This document shows positions 9,903 to 18,973 of a stretch of 64,000 nucleotides of DNA, one piece after another. The translations under genes were made by a program, and so were the position numbers. How positions within the stretch are numbered: the first letter of the stretch is position 1; every line of letters starts with the position of its first letter. Origin of the DNA: an uncultured Fibrobacterota bacterium (GTDB lineage Bacteria; Fibrobacterota; Chitinivibrionia; Chitinivibrionales; JANQEN01); contig CAZIYW010000011.1 of assembly GCA_964543525.1 (NCBI GenBank), positions 1,300 through 65,299 on the forward strand. The letters run 5' to 3'. The notes under the pieces are model-generated. The model saw nothing but the letters and a program-made list of their open reading frames with translations. It had not been told where the DNA came from and searched no databases.

Positions 9903-10724
9903 ATGATATCGATATTCGACTATCAGAATTATCGTTTGTTCCTGATAGACTTTCTTAATGACAAAAAGCAGCATGAAAAGGGCTTTTCCCAGCGGGACAT
10001 CCTGAAAAAGATGGGGATAAGCTCCAGTGGTTTTCTTGCCAATGTCCTCTCGGGAAGGAATAACCTCACCACCACTCAGATAGCGCTGTTAGCCAGGGTA
10101 CTGAAATTCAAAAAAAGTGAAACCGCCTATTTTGAAGCTTTGGTTCTTTTCACTCAAGCAAAGACCCTTGATGAAAAAAATCTGTATTACTCCCGGATGG
10201 TAAAGCTGCATAAATCGAAATTTAAAAGTCTGAAGTCAAACCAGCTCAGTCTTTTTGCCAAATGGTACTATGCCGTCATTCGTGAGCTTATCTATTTCTA
10301 TACGTTCAAAGATGACTACAAAGAGCTGGCAAAAATGGTTGAACCGCCGATTTCACCAAAAGAAGCAAAGGAAGCTATTCACGAGCTGGAAAAAATCGGC
10401 CTCATTTACAGAGGGAAAGACGGCGTCTACCGCCAGAAAAGCGGAATTGTCACAACGGGCGACGAAGTGCGCTCCTTTCATGTCGCCAATTTCATCATGG
10501 AAACACTCAGACACGCCGAACGGGCTATGGATACGGTCCCACCGCAGGAGCGGGATATGTCCGTACTGACACTGAAATTATCGGAAGCGACTATGAAACA
10601 AATGAAAACAGAGATTCAGATGTTCAGAAAAAAACTGCTGCGCATGGCTGAATCGGATACAAATCAGAACCGGGTCTTCCAATGCAATATCAACTTCTTT
10701 CCTGCGACCAAGAGGGAGGAATAA
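9903..10724 (+). CDS. TIGR02147/DUF4423-family protein (N-terminal HTH)
   Basis: SIFDYQNYRLFL start, FSQR...SSGFL..VLSGRNNL, WYYAVIRELI, C-terminal VFQCNINFFP. Confidence 0.85.
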   Translation: MISIFDYQNYRLFLIDFLNDKKQHEKGFSQRDILKKMGISSSGFLANVLSGRNNLTTTQIALLARVLKFKKSETAYFEALVLFTQAKTLDEKNLYYSRMVKLHKSKFKSLKSNQLSLFAKWYYAVIRELIYFYTFKDDYKELAKMVEPPISPKEAKEAIHELEKIGLIYRGKDGVYRQKSGIVTTGDEVRSFHVANFIMETLRHAERAMDTVPPQERDMSVLTLKLSEATMKQMKTEIQMFRKKLLRMAESDTNQNRVFQCNINFFPATKREE

Positions 10725-10725
10725 T

Positions 10726-12051
10726 ATGGCCATGGCATTGCATTCAATAAAAAAGAAACGTTCAAACAGCTTGTGGTGTCTCCCCCTTATACTGCCTGGT
10801 ATACTGGCACTATTTACCGGCTGCTCTCTGCCGGTTGCCGACAGTGAAGCGGGAAATCCAACGGTAATATCCGCCAATACACTGATACAATTACCATCGG
10901 CACTTACCAAAGATTCGCCTCCTGTCACAGGATCCTCCCCCCGACAGAGCAACAACGATCTTGCCGTTATTATCTATGAATCGGTACGGTATCAAAATTA
11001 CTTCGTCAATGAACTGGTGAACGGAAGCGATCAGAGCATTAAAACGTTTCTGGAAGAAGATATCCGGCGGCTGCCCTGGCCCTATATCAAGGAGCACGGA
11101 GTATTACTCTACGACTCCGCCTCATTTCATTTTGAGGCCACATTCGACAAAACGCTGGAATTGTCCCATCAGGTAACTATCAAATTCAATGATCCCGTTT
11201 TCGGGTATATGATAAAAACAGCGTTTAGCGGCAACGCGGAAAATCCCAAAGGGTGGATCTATTATTTCACCGACTATACCGGTGATTTCAGAACCGATTC
11301 ACTCGAAATGCTGGTCTTATTTGAAAAAACCGATACCTCGAGGCAACTTGATATTGAAATCGATCAGAAATTACTGATCCCGTCAGAAGATCTCGCTCAG
11401 TCCTTCAGCTATTCGTGGTACCAGAACGACGGCGTTATACACCTCTCAGGTATAAGTTACCATCCGTATCTCGACAGTATTCTCAAGGACACCGTCGGCT
11501 ACTGTTACACATACAGGGCAGTAGCGGACAGCAGCAAGAATCTTGCGATAGTCAACCTCGGTCTGCCCCCGGCATCGTACCCGGATACCGCCTTTCTCTT
11601 TACGACCTACGGCATTGCGAACGCTTACGGTAATTATTTTATTAACTACAGTATCCCCATGCTCGACGATACCGGTAAAATGCTCCTCGCCACCTCGGTA
11701 AAAGACACGCTTACCCTGCTGCAGATTCTGGTAAAAATTGCTGTTGATCCCACTTTTACCCTCCATGACCCTTCGGAAGCCGACAGCCTGACCATTGCCG
11801 ATCTCATTCTCTACCTTGAAATCAACAAGGGTATCTTGGAACAAATTGATGAAGCGAATAAAAAGCAGTATATCGGACTGCTCTGGATCCTGAAACTAAC
11901 CCAACCGGTTTATTTTAATGCAAACGGGTATGCCGGAAACGGAGAAACCGTTCCATCGGGATTTACAGACCTTGCTGCAATACCCTGTAACCGGCCAAAA
12001 TTCATCCCCACGGCGATAAAAGATCTCCAGATTGTGATACCCCAACAATAA
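10726..12051 (+). CDS. Hypothetical lipoprotein
   Basis: Lipobox LFTGC followed by SEAGNP; 1 nt after the TIGR02147 gene. Confidence 0.7.
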   Translation: MAMALHSIKKKRSNSLWCLPLILPGILALFTGCSLPVADSEAGNPTVISANTLIQLPSALTKDSPPVTGSSPRQSNNDLAVIIYESVRYQNYFVNELVNGSDQSIKTFLEEDIRRLPWPYIKEHGVLLYDSASFHFEATFDKTLELSHQVTIKFNDPVFGYMIKTAFSGNAENPKGWIYYFTDYTGDFRTDSLEMLVLFEKTDTSRQLDIEIDQKLLIPSEDLAQSFSYSWYQNDGVIHLSGISYHPYLDSILKDTVGYCYTYRAVADSSKNLAIVNLGLPPASYPDTAFLFTTYGIANAYGNYFINYSIPMLDDTGKMLLATSVKDTLTLLQILVKIAVDPTFTLHDPSEADSLTIADLILYLEINKGILEQIDEANKKQYIGLLWILKLTQPVYFNANGYAGNGETVPSGFTDLAAIPCNRPKFIPTAIKDLQIVIPQQ

Positions 12052-12090
12052 TACCGATGAACCAATCGTATAATTGTCAGGTGGTTTACG

Positions 12091-12128
12091 GTCGAAATGA
12101 CAAAAAAAGGACTTTGCGGACGGACATC
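12091..12128. repeat. Right half of a MITE/REP-like element
   Basis: GTCGAAATGACA-A6-GGACTTTGCGGACGGACATC matches the inner arm at 13841 and the terminal arm at 46428-46443. Confidence 0.55.
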
Positions 12129-12341
12129 CGTTAGTCTGAATAACATACGAGAACTAATAGACATTTCAGTCGCACTGAATATATATTGATTTTCATACCG
12201 TTTAACCACATATCATCTAACTGGGTATCTGAAAATATCTATATCCCACAAATCATCAAAGGATGCTTCTCAGCAAGTAATGTCTATATTTCACAAATAC
12301 CGAAAGACACAATTCCATTCAATGAAAGGTTCTGATCCTCA

Positions 12342-13658
12342 ATGAAAATTCGTCTGATTTACCCGAAATTCAAGAAATTTCTCGAGGATCATCCCGGATT
12401 ACAGCAGAAGTTAAAAGAGTATCTGGTTGGTGATTATACGATGCCGCCCTCACTTGCACTCCCCATTCTTGCCGCCATTACCCCTGCCGATATTGAAGTG
12501 AACCTGACAGACGACAATGTGGGCCAGTCGATTGATTATGATGAACGGGTTGACCTGGTGGCAATCAGCTGTTTTACCCCGCAGGCACAACGGGCGTATG
12601 CAATTGCTGACGAATACCGGAAACGGGGAACCCGGGTCGTACTGGGGGGAATACACCCTACATTCAAACCCGATGAAGCACTGCTTCATGCAGATGCGGT
12701 GTGTATCGGTGAAGGTGAGCCACTCTGGCCGCATATTCTTGAGGATGCAAAAGACAATCGGCTGAAAAAAGTTTACAAAACAGAAAAAGAGTATAATCTG
12801 TCGGCATTTCCCATTCCCAAACGTGAAATTTTTCCCGACGAGATATACAAATGGGATGCCCACCTTGTGCTGACCATGCGTGGCTGTCCGGCACGATGCT
12901 CCGGCTGCCCTATCCCGGAAAAAGAGGGACACCGGTTCCGATTCAGACCTGTTGACAACATTATCGATGACATCACCCATATGCCCTATCGTGAATTCTA
13001 CTTTACAGACGACACGGTCATGCTGCCGGGAAAACGGAATCAAAAATTCCTGCTGAATATTATGAAGCGGACGGGCGAACTTAATGCAAAGATTTTCCTT
13101 GCCTCAACGATGATGATGGTGCATGATTATAATTTCTATGCCGCTCTGAAAAAAGGCGGCGCCTCTTCCATGTATACCGTCTTCGGTTTCGACAGAGTAT
13201 CCAAAAAACTTTTCAGTGACGAATGCACCCGGGAAGAATGGCAGAAAAGTGTGGATCTGGTCCGCATGATTGAAGATAACGGTATCCACTTTTTCGCGTC
13301 ATACGGTATTGGTTTCGATGATCAGAACCGTAAGGTAGTTGACAGAATCCTGAAATTCTCAGAAGAAGCGAAAATAGACCTGGCAGAGTTTTTTATCAAC
13401 ACGCCTTTTCCAGGGACCCCTTTCGGGTTGAAAGCGGAAAAAGAGAAACGGATACTGCATCGAAACTATGATTTGTGGAATCATGCTAATGTTGTATTTA
13501 AACCGATACAGTGGACCATTGACGAACTCATGGATGATTTCTATTCCCTCTGGAACACCTTCTTCGACACAATAAAACCTGAAGATACCATTCGAACATT
13601 CAGTGTTAATAACGATGTGGAAGCGGCACCCTGTCAACAAATAGCAACGTCCCTATAA
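12342..13658 (+). CDS. B12-binding-domain radical SAM protein
   Basis: N-terminal cobalamin-binding-like domain (VVLGGIHPT..PDEA..AD.VCIGEGE); CxxxCxxC motif RGCPARCSGC. Confidence 0.88.
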   Translation: MKIRLIYPKFKKFLEDHPGLQQKLKEYLVGDYTMPPSLALPILAAITPADIEVNLTDDNVGQSIDYDERVDLVAISCFTPQAQRAYAIADEYRKRGTRVVLGGIHPTFKPDEALLHADAVCIGEGEPLWPHILEDAKDNRLKKVYKTEKEYNLSAFPIPKREIFPDEIYKWDAHLVLTMRGCPARCSGCPIPEKEGHRFRFRPVDNIIDDITHMPYREFYFTDDTVMLPGKRNQKFLLNIMKRTGELNAKIFLASTMMMVHDYNFYAALKKGGASSMYTVFGFDRVSKKLFSDECTREEWQKSVDLVRMIEDNGIHFFASYGIGFDDQNRKVVDRILKFSEEAKIDLAEFFINTPFPGTPFGLKAEKEKRILHRNYDLWNHANVVFKPIQWTIDELMDDFYSLWNTFFDTIKPEDTIRTFSVNNDVEAAPCQQIATSL

Positions 13659-13740
13659 ACACGCCACCGTTTCCTGCTTGGATTTTTAAGCGGAAATATT
13701 AAAAAGTATAACCAGAGAGCGCTTTCTTATTTTATAATTA

Positions 13741-13860
13741 GGTGTTGTCCGAAAAGTCCCTGATGTGTCATTTCGCCCCCACCTTACCGGGGAGAACTCT
13801 TTCTTGTAACGCGTGTTGGACTTCTCCTCACGCCATTTGTCGAAATGACATCACCGGTTT
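13741..13860. repeat. MITE/REP-like palindromic element
   Basis: Terminal arm GTTGTCCGAAAAGTCC; perfect 10-bp IR TGTCATTTCG (13766-13775)/CGAAATGACA (13841-13850); inner GGAGAA/TTCTCC. Confidence 0.65.
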
Positions 13861-13888
13861 TCATGCAGTACATTCATGCAGGCTGAAT

Positions 13889-16234
13889 ATGAAACAAAGC
13901 AGCGTTGAAAAATACTTTCTGAAAAGTGCATCCCTTCCCTTTTTAGACAAACAGTTTGAAAGAATCCCCGTCCTGACGGTAAATAACTATATCACCCTCG
14001 CACAACTAACCGCCTTGCGGTTTATCGAGTGGGTGTATGAAAATCCGGAGGGAGTGGTATCGTTACCGGCAGGGAATTCGCCCCGGCATTTCATAAAGTG
14101 GCTCTATTATTATCTGGAGAACTGGGATACGGAGCGGAAAAAGAACGGCATTCTTCCCGCTGCGGGTATCACGGCAAAACAGCCGCCTTCGTTCAAAGGA
14201 CTCCACTTCGTCCAGATGGATGAATTTTTCCCCATTGCTCCTGACCACGAACGCTCCTTTCATAATTTTGTAAAAAAATGGTATATTGAAGGCCTCGGGT
14301 TCGATATACAAAAAGCAATTCTTTTCAATACCTCAACCGCGACGCTCTTCACTGACGGCGGTACCCGCCAATCGTTACGGGTTGACGATATATTCCCCGA
14401 CGGTACCATTGATTTAAGTCTGCGGAAAAAACTGCCCGCTGATGAACGGGGACGACTGCAAAAAAAAATAATCCGACACTTTGATCAGGTCTGTGAGGAT
14501 TTTGAAGCAAGTATACGTGCATTAGGCGGCATTGGATTCTTCCTGAGTGGTATCGGTCCCGACGGCCATATTGCACATAACACCTTCGGATCAAGCCATC
14601 ATTCCTCGACGCGGTTAACCACGATGAACTACCAGACAATGGCTGTGGCTGCCCGCGATCTCGGCGGCATTGAAGAGGTGCGTAAAAAGGCAGTCGTCAC
14701 TATCGGGCTGGAAACCATCACGTTTAATCCCGCCTGTGTGGCAATTATATTTGCGGCCGGGGAAGAGAATGCCGAAATTATCGCCCGGGCGGTTGAAAGT
14801 ACACCAGAGATAACCTCACCGGCAAGCGCCCTGCAGAAACTTAAAAACTCACGCTTTTATCTGACCGAAGGCGCCGCCTCTAAATTGACGGAACGTAGAT
14901 TTAAGAAACTGCTCAATGCAAAAACCGTAACCGGGACTGAAATAGACAGGCTCATTATTGACGGCGCGTTTATCTCGGAGACAAAGCTGACCGCTCTGAA
15001 AAGAACCGGATTGTCAAACGAACGTACAGAACCCCGGCACTGGCAAATAGCACGACAACTCAGCAAAAAATCATTACAGAAAGCCGCGGAATCAACGTAT
15101 AATGCAATCATCGAGAAAATCCGTCGGGGACTGGATATACCCAAACCGCAACGGTTTCTCCATACCGGCCCTCACCATGACGATATTGAACTTGCCTACT
15201 TCCCGCTCGTACACCATCTTGTCAGATCGCCAAAGAACCTCAATTATTTCTGCTACATGACCAGCGGGTTTACCTCCGTTACCAATACCTTTGTTACTGA
15301 AAAACTGGCCACCCTTATACGGGTGATAAAAAGTGGTAAACTGTATAATGCCGTTTCGAAGAATGAGCTCTTTACCATGGAGCGAAGAGAGATAGAGATA
15401 CACGGCTACCTGAATGCCATTGCACAGCAAAACACTTACAGCGCAGGTCTATATACCGCCATGCGGCTCTGCCGGCACTGTGCCGAGCTGTTGCAGACCG
15501 ATTCCGATTATACCATCCTGGCATACGCTGAAGAGCAGCTTGAGCTGTTGCAGCGGCATACTCCCGGCAGCACCATTCCGGAGACAATAACACAGATTAA
15601 ATCCTGGATCCGCCAATGGGAAGCGGAACTCGTCTGGGCACATTTCGGACTGGATATCCGTGATATTTACCATCTTCAGTTAAAATTCTACAGTGACGCC
15701 ATGTTTCCCAGGGAACTTCATTTTGAGCGTGATGTCAAGCCTATTGTCGACCTGCTTATGAAAATCAAACCGACAACCGTTACCCTTGCCGTTGATCCTG
15801 AAGGGAGCGGCCCCGACACCCACTATAAAACCCTTCTGGCACTGCGAAAAGCGCTGCAATCATACATCAATGAATATGATAAAGAGATTCCCCGAATCTG
15901 GGGATACCGCAATGTCTGGTCAAGCTTTCATCCCGCTGAAGCGACCATGATAGTGCCGGTATCGCTCAACTCATTTGCGGTGCTGCATAATATGTTCAAC
16001 ACCTGTTTCCTCAGTCAGAAATCGGCATCATTTCCCAGCAGTAAACTTGACGGAACGTTCAGCGAGCTCGCGCAAAAAATCTGGGTACAGCAATTCAATG
16101 ATTTGACACGACTACTCGGAAAAAGTGTATTCTATAACGATGACCATCCAATGATGCGCCGGGCCTACGGTGCCATATACTTCAAGGATATGAGCTACGA
16201 AGAGTTTATGGACGAGACCCGGGAGATGAAGTAA
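13889..16234 (+). CDS. nagB: Long glucosamine-6-phosphate deaminase (NagB domain fused to a PIG-L-type deacetylase domain)
   Basis: SLPAGNSP, QMDEF, GIGPDGHIA, then PHHDDIEL (PIG-L) and GPDTHY. Start moved to ATG 13889 because the upstream in-frame stretch is the repeat element. Confidence 0.82.
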   Translation: MKQSSVEKYFLKSASLPFLDKQFERIPVLTVNNYITLAQLTALRFIEWVYENPEGVVSLPAGNSPRHFIKWLYYYLENWDTERKKNGILPAAGITAKQPPSFKGLHFVQMDEFFPIAPDHERSFHNFVKKWYIEGLGFDIQKAILFNTSTATLFTDGGTRQSLRVDDIFPDGTIDLSLRKKLPADERGRLQKKIIRHFDQVCEDFEASIRALGGIGFFLSGIGPDGHIAHNTFGSSHHSSTRLTTMNYQTMAVAARDLGGIEEVRKKAVVTIGLETITFNPACVAIIFAAGEENAEIIARAVESTPEITSPASALQKLKNSRFYLTEGAASKLTERRFKKLLNAKTVTGTEIDRLIIDGAFISETKLTALKRTGLSNERTEPRHWQIARQLSKKSLQKAAESTYNAIIEKIRRGLDIPKPQRFLHTGPHHDDIELAYFPLVHHLVRSPKNLNYFCYMTSGFTSVTNTFVTEKLATLIRVIKSGKLYNAVSKNELFTMERREIEIHGYLNAIAQQNTYSAGLYTAMRLCRHCAELLQTDSDYTILAYAEEQLELLQRHTPGSTIPETITQIKSWIRQWEAELVWAHFGLDIRDIYHLQLKFYSDAMFPRELHFERDVKPIVDLLMKIKPTTVTLAVDPEGSGPDTHYKTLLALRKALQSYINEYDKEIPRIWGYRNVWSSFHPAEATMIVPVSLNSFAVLHNMFNTCFLSQKSASFPSSKLDGTFSELAQKIWVQQFNDLTRLLGKSVFYNDDHPMMRRAYGAIYFKDMSYEEFMDETREMK

Positions 16235-16239
16235 AAAGC

Positions 16240-16270
16240 TGGGTATTGGAGTGGTGGATTGATTGAGTAA
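16240..16270. repeat. Solo arm of an 8-nt-period TGGAGT repeat
   Basis: TGGGTAT-TGGAGTGG-TGGATTGA-TTGAGTAA immediately after the nagB stop; resembles 17728-17758. Confidence 0.45.
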
Positions 16271-16586
16271 TAAAGCTTACCTCGCTACTTCTTTTTCGCC
16301 GTTTGTCTCGATACAACCTCTTGAGATATCCGGTAAGCAGGTGGTATATACGTGTAGCTTACAACAGAATAAATTAAACAACAACTCAAATCAATATATT
16401 CACGACCTTTTCGTAGTACTATTAGAGGTAAGTCATTGATTTCCTGGTAAATAATTTCAAAATAATCAAAAAAAAAAGAAATATGCTGGCATTGAGTAAA
16501 GAAAATGGTTAATTTTAGAGTGAAGATGTATTGTGATTGTATGCTATTTCCTATATGTGCCAGTATTATAAGGGGGTGAGAAGAAC

Positions 16587-17546
16587 ATGGATGTTCGACC
16601 TCCAGCATTAAATTTATACCGATATAACTTTCAAGACCTTCTGCTTGAGAACGCAAAGGAGCGTGTTGCCCGAACAGGCACGCGGTCCGATCCACTTATC
16701 GCGCAGGTATTTGTATCACGTTCCCATACCAACGCTGCTCCCCGTGCTCCGCAGGGAGTCGGAGAATACAAACACGCTGCAACCAGAAAAACCAGGACGC
16801 ACGAAAAAAGCGAGGTGGCCAATACCGGTGATACGGTCCAGCAGGTTAATGAAAAGGACGATTCCTGGCTGCCTGAGTCTGCATTTCAATACAATGCGGG
16901 ACGAAGTTATTTCAAACCGCCACTGTCTGTTCGGCAAAGAATGGAAAGCGAAGTCCGTAAACGGAAAAAAGCCGGATTACCCTGCATGTATGCCGATAAG
17001 AATTTTCACTGCTCGGCCCTGTTTATCCGGTGCGGCGATCGGATTCAATACGCCAACCCGGAATCCATTGAGCAGCGCAATATGCCCCATACCTGCCTCT
17101 ACCGGCCGCGTAAAGCGGGCAAATATATCCTGATAGTCGATGACAACAAAGCGGTACGCGATTTCTGCAGCAACTCAATCGAGCTGTTCTTTAATTATAA
17201 CGGGAATAATATTTTTACTGCCGGTTCCGGGCACGAGGCTGTTGAGCAGTTAACCAGATTTAAACTCGAAGGCAAAGCATGCGGCCTGCTTATCTGTGAC
17301 ACTGATCTGCCCGGTATATCCGGTTTTGAAGTTGTCAATGAACTATATAACCGCAACTACAACACCGAAGTGCTTTTAACCAGAGAAGAGCACTCGACCC
17401 TGCAGGCACCGCCCAATTTCAAGGGTCTGCGGGAAATTATCCCCGAGAAAGCGGTAGTAGAAAAAATCATCTCCAAACCGTTTCACTCACAGACATTCAT
17501 TAATGCACTGAAAAGCATGGACATCAGCTACCTGTTTCAGGAGTAG
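16587..17546 (+). CDS. Orphan response regulator: C-terminal receiver domain with an unknown N-terminal region
   Basis: ILIVDDN..LLICDTDLPGISG..LLT..ISKPF; no recognisable output domain. Confidence 0.78.
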   Translation: MDVRPPALNLYRYNFQDLLLENAKERVARTGTRSDPLIAQVFVSRSHTNAAPRAPQGVGEYKHAATRKTRTHEKSEVANTGDTVQQVNEKDDSWLPESAFQYNAGRSYFKPPLSVRQRMESEVRKRKKAGLPCMYADKNFHCSALFIRCGDRIQYANPESIEQRNMPHTCLYRPRKAGKYILIVDDNKAVRDFCSNSIELFFNYNGNNIFTAGSGHEAVEQLTRFKLEGKACGLLICDTDLPGISGFEVVNELYNRNYNTEVLLTREEHSTLQAPPNFKGLREIIPEKAVVEKIISKPFHSQTFINALKSMDISYLFQE

Positions 17547-17643
17547 ACAAATCCATCATATTGATGTTATAATCTGAATAAGCATACAGTGATTGTGTTG
17601 CATTCCAATCAGCCATCCATATATTTTATAGGCCGAATTTTGC

Positions 17644-17718
17644 TGGGATGTGGCCCAGTGGTAAGGCGCCTGACTCTGGATCAGGATATCCGAGGTTCGA
17701 ATCCTCGCATCCCAGCCA
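17644..17718 (+). tRNA. tRNA-Gln (CTG)
   Basis: TGGGATG/CATCCCA acceptor, anticodon arm CCTGA-CTCTGGA-TCAGG, GGTTCGAATCC, encoded CCA. Confidence 0.96.
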
Positions 17719-17727
17719 ATTCAAAGT

Positions 17728-17818
17728 TGGAGTGATGGAGTGTTGGAGTGATGGGTGAAAGTTTAATTAAATGTATCCCAATACTCCACTATTCCAGTAC
17801 CTTATTACTCCATTATTC
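17728..17818. repeat. 8-nt-period inverted repeat element between two tRNAs
   Basis: TGGAGTGA TGGAGTGT TGGAGTGA TGGGTG ... CCCAATAC TCCACTAT TCCAGTAC CTTATTAC TCCATTAT. Confidence 0.7.
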
Positions 17819-17827
17819 TGATTTTCC

Positions 17828-17902
17828 GGCGCTATCGTCTAGTGGTTAGGATAGAGGATTCTCAGTCCTTTGACCGGGGTTCGACTCCCCGTAGCGCTAC
17901 CA
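17828..17902 (+). tRNA. tRNA-Glu (CTC)
   Basis: GGCGCTA/TAGCGCT acceptor, anticodon arm GAGGA-TTCTCAG-TCCTT, GGTTCGACTCC, encoded CCA. Confidence 0.95.
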
Positions 17903-17910
17903 GATATATC

Positions 17911-17938
17911 AAGGACTTTCCATTCCGGGAAAGTCCTT
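17911..17938. terminator. Hairpin between the tRNA operon and a convergent gene
   Basis: AAGGACTTT(T)CC-ATTCC-GGAAAGTCCTT. Confidence 0.55.
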
Positions 17939-17969
17939 CCTTATACCTTCAAATTCATAAAAAACCAAT

Positions 17970-18239
17970 CTATCGCTTATACTTCTCCAACTGATTCTCG
18001 GCAAATTTCTGTACGGTTTTCGGGGCAAAGGCGGCAAGCAGAAAGCCGAAGGTGATGTATATCCCGCCTGCCGGGGTAATACCTTCCCGCTCGAAAAGAA
18101 TGGTCAGTAACCCGAATATTATACTGGCAAGAAGAGCAACAAAGCTCATGAGGCGTATTGAAGAGTTATTTCCACGGTCGTCTTCGAAAAATCTCTTTTT
18201 TTTCACCGGCTGTTCGACTTGCTGATTTTCCAGTACCAT
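17970..18239 (-). CDS. Small two-TM membrane protein (holin-like)
   Basis: FFEDDRGNNSSIRLMS, two hydrophobic helices, charged tail KTVQKFAE. Confidence 0.6.
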   Translation of the reverse strand: MVLENQQVEQPVKKKRFFEDDRGNNSSIRLMSFVALLASIIFGLLTILFEREGITPAGGIYITFGFLLAAFAPKTVQKFAENQLEKYKR

Positions 18240-18406
18240 TTCATCCCCTTTGCTGGTGTTTGATTCATAAGATAGTATAGTACAATAAATGTAGTATTAT
18301 TAATAAAGATAATATATTCATGATTGCGGCTGCGTGGATAAATTAAAAATACGACGGGATTCAGGAGGCGTAACGGGATACACAGTAAAAATCGTTAACA
18401 GGAATT

Positions 18407-18447
18407 AATAAAAAAGCCTTCACAAGCAACCACACTCATGAAGGCTT
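18407..18447 (-). terminator. Intrinsic terminator on the minus strand
   Basis: AAGCCTTCA-16 nt-TGAAGGCTT followed by TTTTATTA on the minus strand. Confidence 0.6.
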
Positions 18448-18973
18448 CTGAGCTAGGGAAAGCCCAAACCTACTCACTTAAACTGTTACCCTTACAGCAG
18501 TGGTACACACCACAATCTCTCAATAAAACAGGTGTTGTATCTTTTATTACTCCCCTCTCCCAATGCGCCCTGCTGATATAGAACAATTCAGGGTGAAAAT
18601 ATAACCTGTTTCATTCACTAATATAGGCGAAAATCCTGTAGAATGCTTTAAAAAGGCTATCTTTCTGTAGACCAGTTTTTATATTTTTGTAGACCTTTTT
18701 TAAGGATATATAATAAAATTTTTCAGCCGGTTTGCGGTACTATTTATACCCGCAGGTAGGTGGTGAATACGGTGTAAACATTAAAAGAGGCTAAATATTG
18801 TATCGGGAAAGGTACTAATAATATATTTATGTATAAGAGATTTGTTTTTCCTGTCAAGAAGGATAGTAATACAATACTCGTTGCCCCGAAATTGTATAAC
18901 CGGAATTCCGGTACAGTACCCATCCTGAATGTTCGAGCGGATACCGGCAACTTTCAACCCTAAGGTTATTCCA

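Noticed and set aside
13742-13888. 49-aa N-terminal extension of nagB in the ORF track
   Set aside because: Coincides with the palindromic repeat element; not protein-like
16285-16695. 136-aa minus-strand ORF
   Set aside because: Overlaps the response regulator start and its AT-rich promoter region; no motifs
18500-18570. yybP-ykoY (Mn) riboswitch suggested by AGGGGAGTA on the minus strand
   Set aside because: The remaining conserved loops and the 3' GACC segment are not found
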